A stretch of 64,000 bases of DNA from NCBI GenBank assembly GCA_041304825.1, contig JBFYMQ010000001.1, positions 375-64,374 on the forward strand. The letters are read 5' to 3'. The notes beneath the pieces were generated by a model, which saw only the letters and a list, made by a program, of their open reading frames with translations, was not told the DNA's origin and did not search any database. Below, in pieces: positions 56,902 through 64,000 of the stretch; within the stretch, counting starts at the first letter, position 1, and every line of letters starts with the position of its first letter. Origin of the DNA: Thermoplasmatales archaeon. Its GTDB lineage: Archaea; Thermoplasmatota; E2; DHVEG-1. The position numbers and the translations under genes are program-made.

Positions 56902-58119
56902 ATGCAAGAGGTCGATCTCCTAATCACTCATGCAGGTGAGCTGCTTACCTTAAAAGGACCAAAAAAACCACGAACACGGGGCCAGATGAGGAATCTTGGT
57001 ATCATCAAGAACGGTTCGATTGCGATTCAGGATGGCCTGATCGTCGATGCGGGACGAAATCTTCGGTACAAAGCAGAAACAGTGATAGACGCCTCTGGAA
57101 AACTGGTGATGCCTGGTTTTGTCGATCCTCATACCCATGTGGTGTTCGCCGGGTCTCGAGAGTTTGAACTGGACCTGAAGCTTGCGGGCATCCCGTATTT
57201 GGAGATTCTCCGACGTGGTGGAGGGATTTTTTATACCGTGGAAAAGACCCGGAAAGCCTCTCCGGATCAACTGCTGTTGCAAAGCAAGAAACGTCTTGAT
57301 ACGATGCTGCGACATGGTACTACGTCGTGTGAGATGAAAACTGGGTATGGACTTGATGTTGAAAACGAACTGAAGCTGCTGAAGGTGCAGAAGAAACTCG
57401 CGCAGATTCATCCCATGGATCTTGTGTCGACGTTTCTGGGTGCGCATGCGATCCCAGAACACATGAGTACAAATGATTATGTTAACACCATCATAAAAGA
57501 GATGCTTCCGAAGACCAAAGGTCATGCCCGGTTTTGTGACGTGTTTTGTGAAAAAGGTGTTTTTACCGTTACCCAAGCTAGAAAGATCCTTTTAGCGGCG
57601 AAACAGTATGGTCTTCTGCCGAAGGTTCATGCCGATGAGATTGTTGAAACCGGTGGAGCGTTGCTTGCTGCAGAGGTTGGTGCGATCAGCGCGGATCATC
57701 TTTTACAATCATCAGAGGCTGGGTTACGAGCTTTAGCGCAGAAATCCATCATCGGAGTGCTTCTGCCTGGCACACCATTCTGTTTGATGATGGAGCGGTA
57801 CGCCCCTGCACGAAAGATAATAGATGGTGGTGTCCCTGTTGCGTTAGCGACTGATTTGAACCCGAACTGTTGGACGGAAAATATGCAAATGATCATTCAA
57901 CTCGCCTGTCTGAAAATGCAGATGACCCCTGCAGAAGCGATCACTGCATCGACGTTTAACGCTGCCTGTGCCATTGGGATGCAACAGTCCATCGGAAGTC
58001 TTGAGAAAGGCAAACAAGCTGATATTCTCATCCTGGATTGTCCGAACTATCAGTTCCTTCCCTACCATTTCGGAGTGAATATGGTTGAAACCGTGGTAAA
58101 AAAAGGCTTGATTCTCTAA
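56902..58119 (+). CDS. hutI: Imidazolonepropionase.
   Basis: Has GFVDPHTHVVFAGSR (amidohydrolase metal motif) and matches HutI along its length. Confidence 0.9.
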   Translation: MQEVDLLITHAGELLTLKGPKKPRTRGQMRNLGIIKNGSIAIQDGLIVDAGRNLRYKAETVIDASGKLVMPGFVDPHTHVVFAGSREFELDLKLAGIPYLEILRRGGGIFYTVEKTRKASPDQLLLQSKKRLDTMLRHGTTSCEMKTGYGLDVENELKLLKVQKKLAQIHPMDLVSTFLGAHAIPEHMSTNDYVNTIIKEMLPKTKGHARFCDVFCEKGVFTVTQARKILLAAKQYGLLPKVHADEIVETGGALLAAEVGAISADHLLQSSEAGLRALAQKSIIGVLLPGTPFCLMMERYAPARKIIDGGVPVALATDLNPNCWTENMQMIIQLACLKMQMTPAEAITASTFNAACAIGMQQSIGSLEKGKQADILILDCPNYQFLPYHFGVNMVETVVKKGLIL

Positions 58120-58137
58120 TTTTCCTTATTTTTTTCT
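58120..58137 (+). terminator. Oligo-T terminator after hutI.
   Basis: The T-rich stretch ttttccttatttttttcttg lies immediately after the stop. Confidence 0.45.
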
Positions 58138-58216
58138 TGTAAAAAGAATAATATAATACCAGATAATAATTATTCCTAGAGAATTATTTTAAAAAAATGG
58201 AGGTTTCGTCGCTTCA

Positions 58217-61200
58217 ATGGTGGCAAAAACGATACGTGTTTCAATCCTGATAGGAGTCTTCCTTTTTTCCATATTGCCACATCAGGTTTCTACAGGGCAA
58301 GATGACTGGTGGAATGAGACATGGTCGTTTCGCCAGGAAATACTCCTGGGTTCTCTCACAAGCGAAGTATCTGTAGCATACCAACCTATCGATATTCCTG
58401 TTCGCTTTGATTCTCCCTGTTGGGTCTTAAATGAAACACATCATTCTGTTAGGGTAATCTGCCAAAGCACAAAGGAGGATCTCGAACTGGAATCACAACT
58501 CTATGATCTTAAGTATTCTGACGAGACTCATATTACAACCTGTAATCTTGTCTTTTTGATTCCGCCTCAGACCGATGGAAAAGAACGTTTTTACATGTAT
58601 TACGATGAGGCACAAACCACTCCCCCCAGTTATTCTGATCATGTCTCCATTGTGGATTCCTCGTATTTCTATGAGCCGATCCCGGGGTATCCTTTAGAAT
58701 CTCACTTCTATAAAATCATTCAACATGATGCCATCCCCTACGTAGTGGCACAAGAAGGCAAATTCCTTTGGTATACCACCTCACAGTGTGTCACAAAACT
58801 TATAGAAGGTTCAACAGAAGTAGTCCCGAAAAACGGAGAAGCGATCGCATCGTTTGAATACGCGTACTATTACGGGGATGAAATGTGGCAGTATAGTTCG
58901 ACAAGCCAAGAACTCGTTGCCAAAGAAATCCTCTGCGATGGAAACCTTATGGTCTCCTGTAAAATACTCAGCAAATCAACAGAGGGAGACCTACAGACCA
59001 CCGCTGTGTACAAATACTATTATTGCCCGACATTCTCTGAACGTATCCAGGTCCATGTGATTCATGAGGCGTTAGAAGAATGCCACGTTTATGAGGATGC
59101 CAACACCGATGGATTATTTGCCTCTATGCAGTGTGGTGGGATACGAAGCGCGTCCATTTCAGAATTGAATTTTGGAGAAATCTATCCGTATACCCATTTC
59201 TATTCCGAACAAAACACTGTTGAGCAATATCAAGTAGATCTGCACCCAGAATATACGCAAGAAAACCCGGTGCTTTGGTTAATTCAAACACTAGATGATG
59301 TTGATATAGGGCAGAACGCATGGGTCTCGTTTGATGAAGGCGCTACAGGCAATGTCCATGCATTAATCTTCGGTTCGTCCTCTGTTGTCAAAGCAGGAAT
59401 AGACGAGCGTGATGGGATACAATTGAAGGCGTACGAGTCGAATTATCCACATCTGCCTGGTTTGGACTACACGGTCGCTTCCGTGGAATGCACACGAAAC
59501 GCCTATGAAAAAAACATTTCAGGAAAAGATACTGTTATCCCAAAAGGCTTCATCGCTGAATTTGATGCGGAGTTTTTTTCCTCACCAACAGATGGGTATC
59601 ACTCCGCGGAGGAAGAAGCACGTCTTTTTCAGATCCTTGCACAGCTCAAACCATCAATAAGAGACCATCACACTGATGAAGATGAAACATCTGTGGGTCG
59701 TTTCTCACTCATGGTTTCTGTTCATACTGCTCCCTCGTTTCCTTTTGGATCTGTGCTCTCAGCAATCACAGGACGCAACTTCCCCTACATAACCGTTGAA
59801 GCATATCGTGAAAACGAATTACTCTATTCTGGTACAGCATGTCGGTTACCCTTCAAAGGCTCGGTTTCCTCAGAAGGATCGTCATTAAAAGAACGCATCT
59901 CAGATGCTCTTCATCTGTTTGACCTTCGTAATATCTCCTTATGGAAACGGTTCCATTTCCAAGCACTTGAAGCAGGACGATACGTTATAAAAGTGTTTAA
60001 GGACAACACCCGGGTGGGCAACGAACGACATTTCATTGGGGTAGAGGTCTTTGATCTTACAGAAGATTCATCGATCCATGTGTTCTGTAAACCACAGGGT
60101 TCGTGTCAGGTCAGCCTTGTTGATCAGCAAGGTCTTGGTATCAATGATGCTGAAGTGATGTTACTGAAGGATGGGCTGGTGATTGCCCAGAATACTACTA
60201 ATGAAGATGGAGCGGCTCATCTTACTGCGCCATGCGATCGTAAAGGTTCTTATCAGCTCACCGCAGTCTATAAAGGTTTTGAGGTGATGAATGAGTCAAT
60301 ACGGTTACGATACAACCGAATAGTAGTTCCTCTAAAGAAATCAGTGGTCCTTGATCAGTACGACTGGATGGTTACCCTGCAAGACCTATGGGGTTTAACA
60401 CCAGATGTTGATGTCACACCAAGATTAACAAGCGCTGCGATGCAGACTCCCACCGTGATTTTACCAACACAAAACACCAAGAGTTCCTATCAATTTACCG
60501 AGTTACCTCCTGCGACGTATCAGCTTCAAATCCAATTTAAGTCCTTTGTTATAGACAAAGAAGTGACCATCCCTTCCGATGATGCTTCGCTAGTGTTTCC
60601 AGCGACATATCCTGTCTCATTCCATGTATTTGATGCACGAGGTTCGGTACTAGAGGGTGTCAATGTTGAGATGAGCCGTGAGGGAAAGACACAGAAGATA
60701 CTCAGCAATGGTTCTCAGGCTGTTTTTTCTATTCCTCCGGGTCTTTATGTAGTGAAAGTGATTTCTCAGGCTGAGATTATTGGTCAGAGATCCCTCAAAG
60801 TGATTGGTGAGCGAAATGTGGACCTAATCACAAAACAGGAGCCAGTGTTTCCACTGTTATGTCTGGTCGTTTCGGCTAGTTTAATTTTGCTTGGATTCGT
60901 GGTAGGCATCAAAAAGAACGAACTATTGTATCCTCTTTTACTTCTTCTAGTAAGTGTTTTGCTGATATCACTGGTATCGCCCTGGTGGACATTGCAAGGA
61001 TCCTCCGGAGACATTCAGACATCATCAACCTTGTATCTGATACCATTCAATCTTGTTTCAACCACAACTGCACCACAGGTAATCGCGGGAGAGCTTTCGT
61101 TTATACCTGAGAATTTTATGACCATCATGATGATCATTCCGATTATTGCAGTCTTCGTTGTTGGGCTTGCTATCTTCGCTTTCACTTTCAAAAGAATACG

Positions 61201-61489
61201 TAAAAAAAACTGGCAGATTTTCCTTCTGATTGGAGCATTGGTTCTGTTTCTCTCCTCGTTGGTTTTATTTATCATAGCGATGTCTGCTTTCGTAGAAGTC
61301 GGTGTTGGAAGCTTCATTGGACAGGGAACGATCGATGTTTCGGTCCACGGCAAAGAAATGGTTATCCCTGTGGTATGTGATTGGGGGCCAGCACTTGGAT
61401 TCTGGTTGAATGTACTGGCAAGTCTATTGCTGTTATCTATGATACTACTCTTGTATCAAAAAAAGAAAAAAAGGATTCGGTTATTGTAG
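58217..61489 (+). CDS. Large surface protein (1090 aa) with a signal peptide, CarboxypepD_reg-like beta-sandwich repeats and a C-terminal multi-TM anchor.
   Basis: Has a signal peptide MVAKTIRVSILIGVFLFSILPHQVSTG. The repeats VSLVDQQGLGINDAEVMLLKDGLV...GSYQLTAVYKGFEV and SFHVFDARGSVLEGVNVEM...GLYVVKV are CarbopepD_reg-like. Four or five hydrophobic helices follow residue 870. Confidence 0.5.
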   Translation: MVAKTIRVSILIGVFLFSILPHQVSTGQDDWWNETWSFRQEILLGSLTSEVSVAYQPIDIPVRFDSPCWVLNETHHSVRVICQSTKEDLELESQLYDLKYSDETHITTCNLVFLIPPQTDGKERFYMYYDEAQTTPPSYSDHVSIVDSSYFYEPIPGYPLESHFYKIIQHDAIPYVVAQEGKFLWYTTSQCVTKLIEGSTEVVPKNGEAIASFEYAYYYGDEMWQYSSTSQELVAKEILCDGNLMVSCKILSKSTEGDLQTTAVYKYYYCPTFSERIQVHVIHEALEECHVYEDANTDGLFASMQCGGIRSASISELNFGEIYPYTHFYSEQNTVEQYQVDLHPEYTQENPVLWLIQTLDDVDIGQNAWVSFDEGATGNVHALIFGSSSVVKAGIDERDGIQLKAYESNYPHLPGLDYTVASVECTRNAYEKNISGKDTVIPKGFIAEFDAEFFSSPTDGYHSAEEEARLFQILAQLKPSIRDHHTDEDETSVGRFSLMVSVHTAPSFPFGSVLSAITGRNFPYITVEAYRENELLYSGTACRLPFKGSVSSEGSSLKERISDALHLFDLRNISLWKRFHFQALEAGRYVIKVFKDNTRVGNERHFIGVEVFDLTEDSSIHVFCKPQGSCQVSLVDQQGLGINDAEVMLLKDGLVIAQNTTNEDGAAHLTAPCDRKGSYQLTAVYKGFEVMNESIRLRYNRIVVPLKKSVVLDQYDWMVTLQDLWGLTPDVDVTPRLTSAAMQTPTVILPTQNTKSSYQFTELPPATYQLQIQFKSFVIDKEVTIPSDDASLVFPATYPVSFHVFDARGSVLEGVNVEMSREGKTQKILSNGSQAVFSIPPGLYVVKVISQAEIIGQRSLKVIGERNVDLITKQEPVFPLLCLVVSASLILLGFVVGIKKNELLYPLLLLLVSVLLISLVSPWWTLQGSSGDIQTSSTLYLIPFNLVSTTTAPQVIAGELSFIPENFMTIMMIIPIIAVFVVGLAIFAFTFKRIRKKNWQIFLLIGALVLFLSSLVLFIIAMSAFVEVGVGSFIGQGTIDVSVHGKEMVIPVVCDWGPALGFWLNVLASLLLLSMILLLYQKKKKRIRLL

Positions 61490-63034
61490 TTTACGCAGTT
61501 GTTTTTCCTGTTCTCTTTTTATTTTCGCCAATACCTTATCCTTGGTGATATCTCCGATTGGGGCGATGGGTTTTACGATAGGTTCTTTTGGTTTTTTCTC
61601 TTGTTTTTTTAGACGAACAGCTTGTTTTTTCTTTGGTTTCTTCTTTGGTTTTCCTGCGGCTTTGAACGATGCCTGCAGTTTTTTGAAAAAAGATGAAATG
61701 ATATTTTTTGATTTTTCTTCCGTGGTTTTTACTCGGAACTGTCTCTTTTCTTGTTTGTACGACAGCAGCGCTGATTTGTATTCATCCTGCATCATGATAC
61801 GTTCTTGCTCATACGCGTTTTTGTCAGTCCGTTTGAGTTCAGCAAGGTGTTGTTGTTCCTCAGGCAGTTTCCAGGGTTTCTCTGGTTTCTTTCGAATCGT
61901 TTCAGAGGCTTTTCGTCGCCAATATAACAAAATAATAACAACGAATATTATGATTAATCCAGCCCCAAAGATATATGTAGCGTTTTCTTCAGAGACATAC
62001 AAACCCTGGGTTTCGAGCATGATATTTTGTGTTGCGATTGTGACATTTGGTTGATCGGTGGAGAATGCCTCAAGAGTGATTGAATGTAGCGTCCCTGTAT
62101 CTAGGAAATTATTGGGACTTGCGACTCCAATGAATAACTGTCCTTGTTCTCCAGGCGAAAGAGTTATTGTGTTGTTTTGTGTCAATCGAAGAAGAGATCC
62201 GTTTTCACTTTTTGCTCTGAAGCTGATGGTATCATTGTAGTTCCCATAACTTTGAACTAGAACTGGGATGGAGACAACGTCGTTTGGTGAGAGTTTTCCT
62301 GGGGGTAAGGCATTGATTTTTACAGAATGGAATGGTTTTACTTTCACAAGGAGGTCAACAAAGTAATAATCGGTAAGGACTTTTCCGCTGTTTTTGCCAA
62401 ATCCTCCGAATAATGCGGCTGGGAACCAACCAAGCGGACTAAAAGGAAATGAATATGTTCCTTTAAAAATCCCTAATATTGTGTTATCCAACCCTTCTGG
62501 AAACCATAAGTTTTTGATCGCCCATGTGTCAGCAATTCTAATCCGAAGTGTCGTACTTTGAATCGTCTCGCTTGCTTGCGGTGGCGAATATAATGCTATC
62601 GAGACATTGGTTATTGCAGCGACTCCTTCCTGCTGGATGATTAATGGGGGATCAAAGTTGACAAACCAACCACCAGAATTACCATCGGGAAATTCGACAG
62701 AATAACTCAAAATACGTTGAGTTAAAAACCATCGAGTTAGTCCTGCTGAAAAATTACCGGTTTCAATGTCGATGTTTCCAAGTTGTATTGTCACCTTTTC
62801 GTTATATCCTATCGTAATATTATTAGGTACAGCTTTGAATCCCTCGGCAAAGCTGACTATCGTGACTAACGATCCATAAAGAGCTCCGATAGCATTAATT
62901 AAAGGGAATTTCCACCCTGTCTTCGGAGTTGCTGCCTCGGTGAGTTGAACCTGTGCACAAATAATGGGGCAGAGGAGTAATGCAACGATGACGAAACTAA
63001 TGCTTTTATTGAGTTTTATAGGAATTTCCCCCAT
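61481..63034 (-). CDS. Membrane-anchored surface protein with a long K/E/P-rich cytoplasmic tail.
   Basis: Has a signal/anchor, a ~330-aa extracellular domain, the TM helix IIIFVVIILLYW, and a tail with KKPKKKQAVRLKKQEKKPKEP repeats. Confidence 0.45.
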   Translation of the reverse strand: MGEIPIKLNKSISFVIVALLLCPIICAQVQLTEAATPKTGWKFPLINAIGALYGSLVTIVSFAEGFKAVPNNITIGYNEKVTIQLGNIDIETGNFSAGLTRWFLTQRILSYSVEFPDGNSGGWFVNFDPPLIIQQEGVAAITNVSIALYSPPQASETIQSTTLRIRIADTWAIKNLWFPEGLDNTILGIFKGTYSFPFSPLGWFPAALFGGFGKNSGKVLTDYYFVDLLVKVKPFHSVKINALPPGKLSPNDVVSIPVLVQSYGNYNDTISFRAKSENGSLLRLTQNNTITLSPGEQGQLFIGVASPNNFLDTGTLHSITLEAFSTDQPNVTIATQNIMLETQGLYVSEENATYIFGAGLIIIFVVIILLYWRRKASETIRKKPEKPWKLPEEQQHLAELKRTDKNAYEQERIMMQDEYKSALLSYKQEKRQFRVKTTEEKSKNIISSFFKKLQASFKAAGKPKKKPKKKQAVRLKKQEKKPKEPIVKPIAPIGDITKDKVLAKIKREQEKQLRKLQ

Positions 63035-63067
63035 TGCTTTAAAGGAAGATGTATATGTTTTGAGTTT

Positions 63068-64000
63068 TTATTTTCTTTTCCGTAAGAACGTCATGATTAC
63101 AAGTACCAGTCCTAAGGCACCGATAAACGCGATAGATTCGAATCCGGGGGTTGAAAACCCTCGACTTTCAACTAGGAATGTTGCGTAGATAATTTCGCCC
63201 TTTTTCGTGTAATCATCGTATTTTACTGGCTGCATGGAAACCGTAATGGTTTTTTCATCATTGTGATATCCGAAATTTTTTGGTGGTTTTATCACAAGAT
63301 ATGCTGTGTTGCTAGATCCTTCTCCTTCCTCAAGGATGATTTGGTCTGTCACAATTGCATTCCAGTCTTTGGGTGTATTGACAACAGTGAGCAATACGAC
63401 AGTTCTTGCATTACCAAGGTTGGTTACCTGAATGGGGAAAACTGCTGTATCCAATGGCCCTATTTTTTTGGTATTGGTCTCTGGTAAGGTTGGTTGAATT
63501 AACGGTTTATATTCTGGAACGAAATTAAGGGTAAATTCTTGTGTGAAACCTTCAATGAGTCCAGCTTTTTTTGCTGTTGCTTTTAATTTTATATAACCTA
63601 GTCCGTATGCGGGTGCATCATCTGCCACTTGCAGTGATATTGATGTATACACATAGGTTGTTTCTCCGGGTTGAACTGTTGTAGATAAGGTACCTTGTCC
63701 GATAGTTGCTGTAACCCATGTTGGGGTCTCAACAATTTCAACAGATATTACAATTACCTTATTAGCATACACTCTAATCATGCCTTCACCAAAGACACCT
63801 CTTGTGACGGTATGTGAAATGGTTAAGTCTAACGATCGTAATGCCCCACGTGGTACAACCGGCTGTTCAGTCTGATTCGTTCTCCATGAAACTGTCAATA
63901 CACTTTGAAGATCGAAGATAAGACCTGCTGATGTGGTGGGGAGTGCAGCAACAATAACACTGATAAAGACTAGTCCCGTAACGATACTTGCTTTTACCGC
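63068..64000 (-). CDS. Surface/membrane-anchored protein. The 5' end is outside the window.
   Basis: The track ORF begins at a TTG at 63898. The frame stays open upstream to the window edge and encodes a hydrophobic segment ...LVFISVIVAALPTTSAG. There is a C-terminal TM plus RKRK. Confidence 0.45.
   Translation of the reverse strand, partial: AVKASIVTGLVFISVIVAALPTTSAGLIFDLQSVLTVSWRTNQTEQPVVPRGALRSLDLTISHTVTRGVFGEGMIRVYANKVIVISVEIVETPTWVTATIGQGTLSTTVQPGETTYVYTSISLQVADDAPAYGLGYIKLKATAKKAGLIEGFTQEFTLNFVPEYKPLIQPTLPETNTKKIGPLDTAVFPIQVTNLGNARTVVLLTVVNTPKDWNAIVTDQIILEEGEGSSNTAYLVIKPPKNFGYHNDEKTITVSMQPVKYDDYTKKGEIIYATFLVESRGFSTPGFESIAFIGALGLVLVIMTFLRKRK

Noticed and set aside
1-64000. CRISPR arrays, rRNA, transposases or integrases.
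   Set aside because: I saw no regularly spaced direct repeats and no IS-like or recombinase-like ORFs in any frame. Only one tRNA was recognisable by eye, and other tRNAs could have been missed without a covariance-model scan.

Overview
This is an AT-rich archaeal chromosomal segment of about 42% GC, densely packed with roughly 55 protein genes and one tRNA. The markers are clearly archaeal: ribosomal protein S3Ae, NAC alpha, Alba, aIF2-beta, proteasome beta, aCPSF1/FttA, PriS, Orc1/Cdc6, Elp3, FtsZ and an Lhr-like helicase. The window also holds a nitrogen and amino-acid hub (gdhA, glnA, a split FMN-type glutamate synthase subunit, hutI plus split ftcD, thrC, kbl, pyrG). Redox modules are present as NfnAB plus a second NuoE / NuoF-GltD-fusion / NuoG-N-like set. 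There are also several large secreted or membrane proteins: a PQQ beta-propeller, an S8 protease and CarboxypepD_reg-like surface proteins. I found no rRNA, CRISPR array, transposase or integrase. An aIF2-beta::TRAM fusion and paired UbiA-family genes tentatively suggest a Thermoplasmata-like euryarchaeon. The most unusual items are: (i) a four-gene operon coupling an Stn/HydBC-like NADH flavoprotein fused to a GltD domain with a stand-alone GltS FMN subunit; (ii) a 1022-aa protein with tandem receiver-like domains in front of a PPDK-type PEP/pyruvate-binding ATP-grasp domain; (iii) a structured palindromic leader and a GC hairpin flanking a small RHH gene immediately upstream of ftsZ; (iv) a roughly 160-nt, almost T-free CA/G-rich non-coding island downstream of a tRNA-Arg::PIN gene pair. 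All calls are from reading the sequence and the ORF track by eye, and no database searches were run.
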